A DNA stretch of 64,000 bases from Amphiscolops sp. MND2022 (lineage: Eukaryota), in assembly GCA_964187785.1 (NCBI GenBank), contig OZ076409.1:25112001-25176000 (forward strand), in the 5' to 3' direction. Below are positions 34,186-48,284 of this stretch, in pieces; the first letter of the stretch is position 1; each line of letters opens with the position of its first letter. The notes below the pieces were generated by a model. The model was not told where the DNA came from. It did not search any database and saw only the letters and a list, made by a program, of their open reading frames with translations. A program made the position numbers and the translations under genes.

Positions 34186-36562
34186 ATTACTCCATCTTGA
34201 CCTCGATTTCAAACACGGTTACATTTAAAATGTTCACATACAACCTATACTGATGTTATCAAACTGTAACTACTTTTCGCCTTAACATTAACTCGTTCGT
34301 CACAGCCATGCTCTGTAACGGCAAGCTGTTATCGGTCGCTTAACGCGTTAACAGAGGTGGAGGAACCTGCAGAAATGGGTGAATCGCTCGGTACAGGCGC
34401 CCATCGCCACAGATCCATTTTGCCTCCAGGGGTGAAATAAGTCCCGGGGCCGTCGGTGCTTCGACGAATACTGTCCAACCGGTCCTAGTCTTTGATTGCT
34501 AATAGTAACGGACATCTTTCTGACTCTAAAGATCACCGCTTAACTAGCACATAAAAACAATGCCAAGAATAAGGTAAATTTCCAGTTCCAGGGTGACAGG
34601 GGAATAAGATCTAAAATTGGGGAATAAGATCTAAACTATCGCTAGAGCTAGTAAATACGGCCAAAATCACTGAAAACACATGAAAACAGGCACGAACATG
34701 GCAGACCACACAGCTACAAGCTGGGGCGCAGGGGCTCCACGTACCAAACAAGGATATTTAAGCGAAAAAACTCAATTTTACGGTTTCCGCTACATAGGGT
34801 AGCATATTGCTGAAAATCGATAAAAACCGGGTATTAGCGCCAAAAAGGAGTCTTGCTATGCGTTTTCACAGTCTCTATGGGCTCTCAGGCCATCTCTTTC
34901 TCTGTATTCTCGCTCGGTCTGCCCTCGTCTTCGTTTTGCGTTGAAAATGGCGAAAACAGCGAAAAGAGCAATCACGTGCTCAGTGCCACGTGAATAGATA
35001 TCAATACCATGTTTTCACTAAAAATTGCTCAAGATCCTAGGCTACATTTTCGCCCGAAAAAATTCGACTTCATGGATTTCTTGCTAAGAAGATTTGAAAA
35101 AACGCAATTTTTGACTGTTTTTCATCTTCCATCCCCTATATATCAGACCTGAGACCGAATACAGAATCCATGGTTTCGTAAAAAGTGCAAGCATTTTATA
35201 GGCTACGATGTTAACAAGTTTTTATTCTTAGTTTTTTGGACAAAAACGGGATAAAAAAACGTCACAATTTTTTCTCTCTTCTAGCTCAAGTTTCTCAAAA
35301 GTGAAATTAGATACAGAAACTTTGAACTATTCTCCCTCAGAAAGTCAGACAAGGATGTGGGTTTTTCTACCATCAAAATTTCCGTGACCACGTATGACGC
35401 CTTCGTTATTCTGCCAAAACTACTTGAAGTTTTTTTCTTAAGTGCTTTATACTTAAGCTCCTATATCTCAGTACAGAGACCAAATACGGAGTCCATGGTT
35501 TCGTAAATCATACAAGGGTTTCGTAGGCTATATTTAAGCCTAAAGATGACGTCAACTTTTTGTCTCAATCTGGGTTTTTCGAACAAAAATGCGATAAAAA
35601 TGTGCGAATTTTTTTCAGTTTGTAGCAAATGTGTGATTTTTTTTCAGTTTGTAGCTCATAGACGCTCATATTTCTCGAAATTGAAAATGATACAGAATTC
35701 AATCACCCTCGACAACTATAGCAAGGATGCAGGCTATTTCTTTTACCATCAAAGTTTTCGTCATCAAGCATGACGCCCTTGTTTTTTGACAAAAAATACT
35801 TGGTACATATTTTTTGTGTTTTTCTTAGCTTTTTCATCAAAAATTCCTGATAAGAGACTAGATGAGTTCACATGGTTTTGGGACTTGGGATGTACACAAT
35901 TTGTAGCGCCTTCTGTAGACCATTGAACGTTTATGCTCGAAGCCAAGCGCGACATGCAGTCTTATTGAAAACATTTTTTTTGGAAATTGTTTCTTCAAAT
36001 TTTGGTTTTTGAGAGGTTTTCGGTTGAGCAAAACCATTTTTCTCAAAATTTCGCCAAAACACGTACGGCTTGTTTTTCGTGACTGTGCACTTTTTCGGAA
36101 ATAGTTTTCCTTTGGTAAAATGGTACTCCCTTCACTTTTAAAAAACAAAAATTTTTCGCTTTGAAAAAGCGTTTTGCGACTTGATTGTGTCTCTTTCCGG
36201 AAAAAATTCGAAAACTTTTCAAACTTTGTGTTTTTAACGTTTCCATTACAAAAGCGGTTTTCGAGTCTTTTACATATAGAGTCTTTCCCAATAGAGTCTT
36301 TTAGCATATTTATAACACTTTACACTCTTTGAACTTTGAACGGGGCGCCAAATTGGGCCGTTCCCGGTTTGTTTAGCTAGCAAAAGTACGGAAAACTGTT
36401 GGCTGAAGCTGGAAATCGAACCCCCGACAGAAATTTGACTTGGTCCCACTTCTTGATGTCAAGTTTCGAGGGGTAAGATATCGATATTCGAACTTTGATT
36501 AATATTGTCAGATTTGTTTACTTTGGGATTAGAGAATTTAATCTGTCTTCCTGGATAAAAAA

Positions 36563-38610
36563 GACAAGCCGAGAACGGCCCAAGTTGGCGCCATATCTAA
36601 GGCTCAACAATAGCAGAAGGTGTTCAAAATGTCAAAGTATTGGTGAATTGGGGGCCCTTTTATGAAAAAAATTGAAAGTCTCACAATGCCGAGAAAAACT
36701 GAAAGGAGGGACCCTTTGGGATTTTTCAACATCCATTCTGTCGGAAAATATCAAAAAATTGAAGGAGGAACCCTTTGGTGAAATTTTTGTTTTCGAAAAA
36801 AAAGACTCATAGAGTCAAAAATACTCTAAGGGAGTACCCTTTGCCCCCGTTGAGTTTCTCAGATGATGTACCCTAGTCGAGATAGCTTGAACTTTTTACA
36901 TGCTGCATGGAAACATGCAGGCTAATTTTTTATAAAACATGGAAAATTCCGGTACCGTGCATGGAAACATTTTGTAGGATTACAATGCAGCTTCTACTAT
37001 TTGAATTAAAACTGAAAACATTTCCACTTCTTCACCGCAGCGATCACTTTGTTTTCACGCGTAAGTTTCTCATGTAAGTGCCTTATGTAATCACCGTTAG
37101 CCAAATATGACGCTACTTTGAAACTTATAAGGTGACTGAAATTTGTTTGCATTGAAAGCGCGGTAAAATTGATTAAGGTCTCAGCTGCTTTCAAAATTAG
37201 AACGGCGTCTTTATGAAACTTGCAAAACGTCGCGGCGCAGAATTGCCGCCAAATTTAAGGTGCATTTTATAGGCAGCTTGATAAAGTTAAATCGAATCAA
37301 TGAAGATTTAATGCATGGACATTTCTTTGAGAATTTTATAAAATCATGGAAAATTAGCTTGGTAACCTACAAAAACATGTAAAAAGTTCAAGGAGTTCCA
37401 ACTAGGGTAAAAATACTACTTCGTAAGCTAAGTGAGAATGGTAAGATTGTAAGAATTGAAAGAAAAGTGGTCCAGTCAGAGTGAGATTTTAAGCTGAAAC
37501 AAGACGGGAACGTCTGAAGTCGGCGCTATACCTAAGGCTCAAAAAGCGCTAAAGACTTTTTTAAAAACTTGAACTTTTTGATTTTTTTCTCTCAAAAAAT
37601 GTCGCATAGTGCCGAAAAATGTAAAAGGGGGACCCTTTGGGCTTTATTAACATATATTCTGTTGCAAAATATCAAAAAACTCGAAAGGGGGACTCTTTTG
37701 AGACATTAAAAAATTTTCGAAAAAAGTCGCACAGTGCCGAAAAAAATTGAAATGGGGGACCCTTTAGCCTCTTCTGGTTTTGTAGGTTTCGTAAAAAAGG
37801 TTAAAAATGAAAGGGGGACCCTTTGCACTAAGTCTGCATTGGCCGGACTTGGCCTGAGTACTTTTATCAGTTTCTGTAAAAAGTGGTACATACGCGATGA
37901 GGTCTGTGGTCTGACGAAAAAAAGAACAAGACGGGAACGTCTAAAGTCGGCGCTATATCTAAGGCTCAAAAAGCTCAGAGTTTTCTAAATATGCCCAGGA
38001 TGTATTCATGAAAAGCTTTGAAAACACTTTCGAGACACCCAAAGTGTGCCTTTCATGCTCGATATGACCGGAAAATCACTTTTCCCGACTCGACTGGAAA
38101 CAAAAAAAATTTTGAAAAAAAATTTTTTGAAAAAATTTTTTTTGAATTTTTTTTTGAAAAAACTTCGAAAACGTCGCATAGTGCCAAAAAATGAAAAGGG
38201 GGGACCCTTTGGGATTCATTAACATACTTTTTGTTGCAAAATATCAGAAAATCCGAAGGGGGGACTCTTTTGAAAAATTAAAAATTTTCGAAAAAAAAAT
38301 TCGCACAGTGCCGAAAAAAAATTGAAAGGGGGGACCCTTTGGAGTCTTCCGGTTTTGTAGGTTACGTAAAAAAGGTAAAAAACGAAAGGGGGACCCTTTG
38401 CAGTAAGTTTGCATTCGTCGAACTTGGCCTGAGTGAACTTATCAGTTTCTGTAAAAAGTGGTACATACGCGATGAGCTCTGTGGTCTGACGAAAAAAAAA
38501 AGAAAAAAAACTAGCCACTGTAATAGTCGGGCTTTTTTTCCTTAAAGGAAAATGCGCCGACTAAAAACTAGCCACTGTAAGTGTCGAGCACTTTTTGTAA
38601 AAAGCGGCCT
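36563..38610 (-). mobile_element. Array of Helentron/DINE-1-like family A elements
   Basis: Reverse-complement 3' ends (ACAAG + hairpin + AGT(C/T)GGCGC) at about 36564, 37499 and 37926. 5' end GCGCCGACTAAAA at about 38554-38566. Confidence 0.7.
36871..37407. mobile_element. MITE with CCCTAGT termini and TA target duplication, inserted in a family A element
   Basis: TA|CCCTAGTCG...CAACTAGGG|TA, plus inner inverted repeat CTTGAACTTTTTACATG. Confidence 0.8.
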
Positions 38611-38825
38611 AATAAAACGTGTTTCTATAACTCGAACCCACGTTAGTTTTCCCATGATTTGTCAGAGAAAGTCAAGGGGTCAAATTTGACCATAAACGAA
38701 GTTTTGTATTATTTCAATTTGAACACAAAAGATACTATTTTTCTTACGTATATAACATTTAAAAACGTACTGTTTCCGAATTTCGGGTGTCATTTTCGTA
38801 TGATTTCATTTTCTGCTATGATGAC

Positions 38826-40225
38826 CAGGGCCCGGATTTATATGAGAAGTTCATAACGCATGTTTTTACGCATATTTGGCCTAAATTTATTTTTGCGCAT
38901 ATTTTCATGAACTTAACGCATATTTAGCCAAAATTGACAAGGAATTGGACTGCAGTGATAAAAGGCAGTTATCATTAAATGCAAAGAGACAGGATGCGCT
39001 TAAGTTTTCGGATGAAACTTCTAACAAATTCTTTGATCATATTACTGAAGCATTTACCTCAGCAGCTATTCCATTTCACAAACTTCAATGTCGAAAAGTA
39101 AAATCCCTGTTGGAGACATGGTCGGGCCAGGCAGCTCCAGACGAGTCTACACTTCGAAAGAATTATTTGCCGAAACAGTTCAATAAAGTTATATCAGCAA
39201 TTAAAGAGGCGGTTACTGGGAAAAATTACTACATTATGGTAGACGAAGCGACAGACCCCGCAGGTAGATTTTTGGTTGGTGTTTTAATTGGAGTTTTAGA
39301 CAACGAATTAAAGCCACCAATGCTTTTTAATCTTGCTGAGACTGAGAAAACGGATGCTGTAGCCATAAACCAAATAGTTAATTCGAGTCTTTGCTCGATT
39401 TTTGACGAGATGGACTATTCAAAATTTCGTTTATTTGTATCAGATGGTGCCAGTTACATGCTTAAAGCAGGCAAGCTGTTAAAAGGCTTATTCCCGAAAC
39501 TGCTACACATTACCTGTCTAGCCCACGGTTTAAATCGGCTTGACAGGGTTGCCCTTACCGCCTGTGCCTGTTATCACCAGATGGTCTTCGTGGCTAATTG
39601 CAGTGTTTTATTACGCCAAGTATTTTGCCGAATTTCAACAATTTCTGATTCACTTGGGAAGTGAAGAACCCAATAATTCAGAAATCACGAAAATTTTGGA
39701 CCTCATGGACAACGCGCTCATGCAAGAAATGGCATTTTTAGTTGCATCTTTCGATTTTTTACCAGAGGCCATTACGAAGTTACAGGGACGACTGTCGTTG
39801 TGTGATCAGTTTGTTATTTTGGAGAAAGTTATTGTCAACGTACAAGGCGACAACTATAAAGAGAAACTCGATGCTGTTTTAACCCGAAATCCTGATTTTA
39901 AAATTTTGCAAGATTTTGCAAAAATTCTGAGAGGAGAGAGAGTCAGTTCTGATGTGCCACCACTAGATGCTCCAATTTACCGATATGCACCCCTGGTTTC
40001 TGCCGATATAGAGAGAGTTTTCTCAGAAATGGGACAAATTCAAACTCCACAAAGAATGTCACTTACCATTGAAAACTTGAAACACCATTTATGTGTCTAT
40101 TGGTATAATACTGTGTATGAAAACCAATAAATTTTTACGCATATTTTTACGCATATTTTAGGATTTTTTACGCATGTTTTTACGCATATTTGGCATATTT
40201 TTTACGCATGAAAATCCGGGCCCTG
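38826..40225 (+). mobile_element. hAT DNA transposon, 1400 bp, internally deleted
   Basis: TIR CAGGGCCCGGATTT, exact 8-bp TSD ATGATGAC, and subterminal TTTTACGCAT repeats at both ends. Confidence 0.96.
38945..40130 (+). pseudogene. hAT transposase remnant
   Basis: MVDEATD, VSDGASYM, CLAH, TRWSSW, SADIERVFS. No N-terminus, and a frame change at about 39540. Confidence 0.92.
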
Positions 40226-41847
40226 ATGATGACTGTGGGCGTTTACTCTAATAAGGGTGGCACTTTTGTATTTAACAATTTTGGATTTTTACTGCCGTTT
40301 TCTGTGAAACCCTAAAAGGAGACAAATGCGTTTTATCCTAAATGTTAACGTTCTTACCTACTTATATTGGATCTTGCGAAAGTAACCGACAAAAATAACC
40401 GATGATTCAGTTTTCATTGAACCGGGCAGTATTGATTCTACAAAACCTGCCACTTTTAATCAGCACTTTTCAGAAAAAATCAATTTCTTAAGATTTCTTT
40501 GGCCAGATGATGTTTTCTAAAAGAATTTTTCCAAATTAGCGGGTCACAAAGGGGCTCTTTCTCTTCATCTCATTCTTCGGCAAAGCGAAGTTTCAACCTA
40601 ACAGGTTACTTATATCAATATCTTTCAAATGTTCACCGAGTTAATTTAATTTACTCTTTTTTAAAGACGCCAAAAAATTCACGAAAAAAATTACAGCGAA
40701 GGGTTTTCATAATTTCCAGGGAATATTGGAACTCTAACTCTGAGGGGTATACTTTACAAGTTATAACATCTAATTGTAAGTGATCGATTTTTTCCAGCAT
40801 GACAAAAAGATTTCAGAGGTTTAGTCGCTCTAAGTAGGCGCTGAAAAAGCATTACCCTTGCATTTTGCGTTATTTATTCAAGCTGCAGTCAAAATTGAGA
40901 ATCTCCTGAGACCTGTTCCATTAACCGAAGAAGCCATCATCAATTGAACCGTGGGAAGGAGTGATATATGAACGGACAATCAATTTTAGTTGAAAACGAA
41001 ACAACACTGTCAGCGTAATTGATTACATGAAATTATTGCAAATATCAGGTTTGATAGTCCAGCCTGGTTCAACAAATCTTATTTTAGGTCGTTTAATGTA
41101 ATATAAACTAATCAAGGGTCGGAAAAAACCTTTAAGGAACTTTTAAACTAGCTCAAAAACTAGTTTGGTGAAAACAGTTCCATAATAAAAAGTAAAACGG
41201 TTGAGTGTGCGTCTTGTTTTATTACTTTATGGGCTTGTAATTTTACAATGATCATGGGTAGTCCAGTTTATTGAAGCTTAATAAGCATATTCTGTTGTAC
41301 CTCCACTCTCTTACTAAACCCTTTTCCTATATTTACGTCCCAATCTTCTGTCCGTTTGGAGGAAGTCGATAGAACTTATCAATCAAATTGGTCGATTTGT
41401 TGTTGCGTTCGAATTAGGTCAAATCCAGTTTTCTGTATGTCTGACGAAATGCCATATCTTTTCGAGCTGAACACAAGTTTCACTTTAAAAGAAAAAAGTT
41501 TACACATCAAGTGAATTGATCAAAAAATGATTAGTAACACAACCATTGCGCCGATTTATTGGAACCTCGTGATTCTTAATTCCACCAATAACAATCAAAA
41601 TAAATCAATGCAATCACATTTCCAATAAAGCAAATTCTCTTTTAATAAGCAAGAAACCTAAAAAACCAGTTCTTCAAAAGACAGCGATAAAAAACGTTAA
41701 CTAAGAAGCTTTCTGCGACAATAAGTGTGACATTTTATTCCTGCATCACTGTGTACTGTGTTTTATATTGCTAAGTAAACAATAGCAGACAGCAGACCTA
41801 TCATTTCATTTAGGATTTGTTTGCTCTCCAGTGACTTTCTGTCAGCA

Positions 41848-43350
41848 ATGTCGTCCGCATCTGTGTTTAGTGGTGTTGCCAATGAAGAAATGGTGGAATA
41901 TTACTTCATTTCCACTGAAGCGGTGAATATTTTTGAATGTCGCTGTAAAAACGGATCCAGCAGAATACCAAAGCAGGGTATGAAAATCATGTGCAACATG
42001 TCAGAAATGTGCACCAAGACTATACTTCGGTAAATCGGCCGCATGTGCAATCACAATGTCAAAATTTCGTTCCAAATGACAAGACACAGAACATATATTC
42101 GTGGTTGGATTGGGTTGTTTGCAAAGGCTTACCCTTTACGTTTGTCGACGACAAGAAAACGCAGACATATACCAATCTGAAGCTGATATGTCGGAACACG
42201 TTTGTCAAATACATGGAGCATTTGACTGAAGTTGTTGAAAAGAAATTTCCCCTGCACTTCCAAAGAAGTTTGGTATCGTTATTGACGGAGCGACAGACAG
42301 CGGTACGTCAACTCTTTGTTTGTCTATTTTTGCAAGATACGTGGACAAGGATGACAAAGGACTTTTCGTTTTATTGGCTTATTCGCCCATAAATGACGAA
42401 GAAAAGGTAGATGCGAATTTTCATATTTCTTTTATTGAGAGCACTGTTGGTGTTTTTAAGACACATTTCAGCACGGTTCCATTTATAGTTGCTGATAATG
42501 AACCTCTCAACGAATCAATTGTGGATAAACTTCAGAAGCCGTTGTTGAGCTGTCATCCCTATCGTTTACATTTGGCCGTGAAAAACATCCTTTCGTTGCC
42601 CTGCTCCCACTTTTTGACGAAGGTGCAGAAAGTGATGAAAAAGCTGACAAACCTCAAAAAATCTGCCGCACTGCGTCAAAAAACCAAATTGCGTCGTGTT
42701 CTTGGAACTGAAACACGGTGGTCATCAACCTATGAGCTGTTAAAGCGGTACTTCGAGATAAAAACATTTTCTGGATACAAATAACACAGACATTGCCACT
42801 CTATTGCCGTCCGCGGTGGAAGATATCCAGTTATCATTGTTGCTCGCAATTTTGGAAGATTTTGAATCAGTTAGCAAAAAATACAGGAGGTCAGCTGTAC
42901 CAAGCGAGTGCTGCCAAAACTGTTTGATGCGCTACTGCTTAGTGAACACCCTGATTTATTTCCTTATGAGGATGAGAGCGGTATAAACCATTCACTGGTT
43001 TCTGAGAAACTATCAGACCGGAGAGGAAATTTCAAGTGCGGAGAAGGACTATGTAACAAGCGCTTTCTCCAAAAAAAAGCAAGCCAGCGTCAGATTCAAA
43101 ACCACAAAATTCAATGTCATTTGCCAAACGCGTTTCAGCCAAAAAGCCCAAAATCGATGCAAACGAGTTTGAGAGCCTTAATTGGGTTCCCGGCATATCC
43201 AATGTCGCGGAACCCCTTTTTAGTCAAGTTAGACATGTACTAACAGACTCCGGAAAATCCATGCTACCACGCCACTTTGAAAGTCAAGTTTTCTTGGCAG
43301 TCAACCATGACTGTTGGAATCCGCAAATAGTCGGGAAATTCATGGAGGTT
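41848..43350 (+). pseudogene. Decayed hAT (Ac-like) transposase
   Basis: Fragments across frames: WLDWVVCKGLPFTFV, VADN, CHPYRLHLAV (CxxH-like), TRWSST, SNVAEPLFS dimerisation-like motif. Termini were not found. Confidence 0.85.
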
Positions 43351-45488
43351 TTGTCAGATAGTCACCGATACTGTGTCATTTGTTTCTTTTTTTCTTTTAT
43401 TTAAATGTTTTACATCTATTGTTTTACATAAGAAAAATGTACCATTAAATCCAAATATAATTGATGACAATGTTTTAAAAATTGTAAATAAAAGTGTAGG
43501 CTCAAAGAAGGATTGCATTTTAATTGTGAACAGCCCTGGCTGTAATCTAGTAATTAGCTCGAACAGATAATCACATTAAGAATTAAATAGAGTCATGCTA
43601 GCCGTAAGAAATTCTATCTATCATCGACAAGTATGCATACCAGCGGAAGATCTGGCCAAACATACAAGCAAAAGGAGTGGGACGATGTGTCCTATTCCTA
43701 CCAAGCGGCCGCGAGCGGGAAAAGAGGAACAAGGTTCAAATACCATTATGTCGACATACGGCTATCTTTTACAATGACTACCAGCTAAAAGATTTCATGA
43801 TTGAGCAAATTTGAATTGAAATAAAGGCCTTGTCAACTTTGTTCCAACGTGATTTTTAGCTATTTTGGACAATAATTTAGAAAAATTATGGCCATTTGTT
43901 GCAGGAAGTGTCATAACAACTGAAGAAAGATTTCTGTGAGTATTCATATTCAAACAATCTTTTCTCACTAGTGAAAGGTTTTCCTTGAAGAATAAAATGT
44001 TTTTTCGTGTTGAGGGGAATTCGACACAAGAAGTACGTGGGACGAAAACACATGATCGGACAAGTGTGACCAAGTTTCTCTCCCCACTTTTGGATGAATT
44101 CTGTCGTTCGAATCTTTCGTAATATTTAAAAACTTTATAAAAATTGCCTGAAACAGTCAAAATTGTACTTTTTATCGTTTTGGGGGGCATTTTGATCATA
44201 ACCAAGCAAGTCCAAAATCCTTCAAACAAAAGCACCGATATTTCATTTACGATATAGAAGCAGGGCTGCAAAAGATAAAGTTTGATAAAAGGCTAAACAA
44301 AAACGTTTCTTCTTGTGAATGGAAATTTTCTGTGTTTTTTGATTGAAGTTTTCCAAAAACAAAACGCCTGCTGATCGACTGCATTTTTCCGTTCAAACTG
44401 TTCTAGCAACGACATATTTTTGAGGCTCAAGAGTAGCCAAAGTACTATGTAAACGAATAAAAGTTTGAAGGGAAATTTTGACATTTTTTGAGTCATGTCA
44501 TCACATATTTAAAGAAATCCCTCAATTCAAGATCACTCCTAGTAAGTACATCATTGTTTTGTTGTTGAGCTGGATACCTATCCTACCAATTTTTTTGATT
44601 CCGCACGAAAATTCACTAATAATGTCAGATTATGGAAATTGTGATATTTTCGAAAACTTTTGGGTCTTTTGGACGTCCTCTTCGAGCTAGAAACAGCATA
44701 TCATTTTCAAAACGCCTATTGGAAACATGGCTCAGTCTCTGTTCAATCTTCACCACATTCTAACCTACAAAGTCGTTCGAAAATTACGAAACATTGACTA
44801 AAAACGTCAGAAATTTTCGACTGCTGGATCATTACGGTTTTTATCATATGAAACTGCAATTTTTTTCCTCAAACGGTATACTGCATAGCTAGTTATTTTG
44901 TCTGAAGCCTATTGAATAATGTTTGGCAAAAACGGTCAAAAATGGGCAAAAATGTAACGTTTTCGATGAAAGTATATAATGTTTTTGCAAATCAATTTGT
45001 CCGCTTTCTACTTGAAAGGCGTACTGATGGCTACATATTTCAATGCAGAGACTGCTGAATTCTCCATAATCTGGAGTATGTCAAAAATTGAACAAAATTT
45101 TCCCGCAAAACTAGCTTTTTTGTTGTTTCTTAGTTTCTAAGGGTGATTTTGTGGCCTTTTCCAACGAGAAACGGCAATTATCTTGTACACAAAACGTACC
45201 GAATACAAGTTTATGCGTCTCAGATTTAGATTTGTTTTCCACGCAAGAAAGGTTCCCAAAATTGCATACAAAAATCACAACTCAAATTTTTTTGACTTTC
45301 AGAGATTTTTACACGTTTCCCTAACACAAACTGCAGTTGTTCATTGAAAAATATTTACTGGCTTAAACTTTCAGCGTCATTGACCAATTTGAGTATGCTA
45401 ATGTACAATTTCTTCAAACTTTGACACATTTTGCAAACCAAAGAACGAAAGTTTCGGGTCATTCGGAAGTATTTTTCTGCAAACTTTC

Positions 45489-47191
45489 TGTAGAAATTTT
45501 AAGATAGCAAGGGCTGGAGAGAAATTCCCGAGGATCTAACTCTATCAGGAAAAGGTTTTATTTGGTGGGTAAGTGCTTTGCGTCAAAACGACTAGCTCAG
45601 CTAGTTTTCTCTACAAAACACTCTTCTTCGGCTTCGCCCGATTGATCAAGAAAAGAAGGGGTTGAATAATATAATTACAATCAACAGCGAAAATCAGTTA
45701 ACGTCTTTATAACCATCAATCAGGTCAAACTAAACTGGCTAAGATCGGTATCCACAATTCGGCCAACTATGCAACCACAAGCCACGGACTTGTACAATTG
45801 CTGTCGTTACAAATACTACTGGCGAACGAGTTCTTTCGCTTAGCCAAGTCTTTTGCCTTCGTCTTAAGGCTCAACTTGCCGGTAGCTCTCTAACTCTGTT
45901 GTCGAGAAGCGTGAGTGTCAATCCGAAGAAGTATCTTGTCTCCGCGAGACTCAACTTGCTCCCAGACTTCTAACTCGGTTCTGCCTATTCAATTTTGCTC
46001 TAATTCCGCTTTAATTATATTTATTCAACGAACGTGTTTCTGGTCATCTCATCTTGACTTTCTACCACCCTTTTCAGCTCGTTACATACAGGGCGTCGGC
46101 GTCTTAAATTTGCATGAATTTACCTTCATGTTTACTATTCCTTTTATGGCATGGCGAACGCGTCTAATTATACTTCAAGTAAACATTCTTTGCCGCCAAC
46201 GATAAGTAATTCACGTCGTGTCCGAAGTCCACATTTCAATAATAATTCAAGTCGCCCGAGATATTTTTCAAATTGAAGAAATTGTTCAATGACCTTCAAC
46301 TACATGGTTTAAATGTTCTCTACACGTAAGGGGTACTTTTCCATCATCCTAGGTGAAATACATCGCGAATCGTTCCGCCTGACTGAAATGCATAAATTAT
46401 CGCCTAACGACGCTGATTTACATGTTTTATTGTACGTTTTCTTATATGTTCCGGGGTTGCATCTAAAATGACCTTGAGGTCCGTCCGTGACCTTGAAGTT
46501 ATTTGTCCTCATCTAAGTTTGCTATATGCCAAGTTATACCACTCTAGGGTCAATGGTCTTCGAGTTACATGATATGCGTATCGTTTGTTTACTTAAGGCG
46601 GTTACCCCTGCGTGGGTTATAAATATGGTTTCATTCACGTTAGTAATCAACTACATTCATCATTCCGGTTCGTTTGAGATATTACAAGCCAAGGTCAATG
46701 TCTATTATCGGTCGGGCCCGTGCGTCCGGTTCCGCGTGCCTTAAACAAACAATACTCCGCGCGTGGTGGATCGATTAATGTATCTTTCATGTATAATACT
46801 TAGGGTCGCTATGTGAACATATTGGGTAAGTTTCATGATCTTCGGGCCATCCGGTGGCTATTTACATAACATTCCGGGTTCACTTACTTAGGGTCCGTGC
46901 TCCTCATACGCGCGTCAAGTGTCTCCGAAAATGTGCGCAAACGGATTTATGTCATGAGGGCTATCAATTCCATATATAATACAACTTATTCCGTGCCTGG
47001 CCGACGAGTTCGTAGGGGGGTCGACCTGGGTCACTTCCGGTGCTAATAGCCCGGGACTGGGGGGAGGTACGATGTCGGATATCCCGAGTCGAAAGTTGAA
47101 TTAACACCTTTAGTTTATGCATGCCAATTTTCAGCTCGATCGGATAAGTCCTTCCCAAAAAGAGGGGTGGCCTTTTTTCCCTCAGATCTCA
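45489..47191. mobile_element. Candidate solo LTR (about 1.7 kb)
   Basis: GC-richer non-coding block interrupting an AT-rich repeat, with TG...CA ends and flanks CTTTC / GTTTC (1 mismatch). Confidence 0.35.
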
Positions 47192-48284
47192 GTTTCCGTC
47201 CAAAATAAAGACTTAGCAAAATTGCTTTGAAATTTTCAAAAAATATTCATTTCAATTTTTCGACCGTTTTGGTGAGATTTTGTGGCAGTTTTTTATTAGA
47301 AAACTGCATTTGTTTCCCACAAAATACCTACTGGACAATTCAATCCACAAAATCTATTGAAAACTGCATAAAATTGTTAAAGGTGGAAACTTTTGAAATT
47401 TTTGCTTACTTTCGGGTCACTTTGAGTCATTCAGGGGTCATCTTGGGGGTCAGCCAAAAAATTCCAAAATCTCTACAAATACAATTCGCATGAAACTTAA
47501 TTTACGTCAGTTGAATTCTATGGTTGAAACCCTTCAACTTGGGTATAAATTTGGGACATGGAATTTTTTGTAAGGAAAATGCGTCTGATTAAAATATTTT
47601 CCTTTCGAAAAGTCGAAAATAATAAAAGGCGAACTTCAAAGCAATCAATTCTATTTCTTTTACTTTTTGTATTTTGACTTACATAGCATTCTTATCGTGT
47701 TTATAGTAGTTGATTAACCAAAACGTACCATAGGTTCCTTTGTAAACTTTTCAGTAACTAAGCTAGGCGCAACCACCAAAAAAAAACTTTTGAATGTTTC
47801 TTTGATTTCAACTTTTTAGCATACTTTAACAACGGGACGTCGCTTTGCCTTGAAACCATCTAGTTTTTTGTATGGCTTTCTTCGTACAGGAATTGGTGTT
47901 ATCTTGTCAGATTTGGATTTAATGAACTAAAAATTTTCAATTTTTTATTACATTAAATGACCAGTTTTGTTACCATATGTGATTTCATGCATGATAATCG
48001 GGCCTACATAGTCCATGTTAATTCCAGATATTACCATTCACAATTTCTGCATGGAATTGCAGATTAAGGCTCTACATACAAAAGTGCCATAAAGTATGCT
48101 ATACGGGTGGCCGATAACGAAATCAAAACACGAACAGCCACGAACAGCAATTTGAGGCTATGAATTAATTAACTTCTAGATGCAAAATGAGAAAAAAAAC
48201 GTTTGAACCAAGTCATGTTCATTCCATATATTAAGGCATTGAACTTCAGACGTTAATCACGCGACTACCCAAAACATGATAGAG

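Noticed and set aside
34327..34720. Possible solo LTR (TGTTATCG start, GGGGAATAAGATCTAAA tandem)
   Set aside because: No matching CA end with a TSD could be identified.
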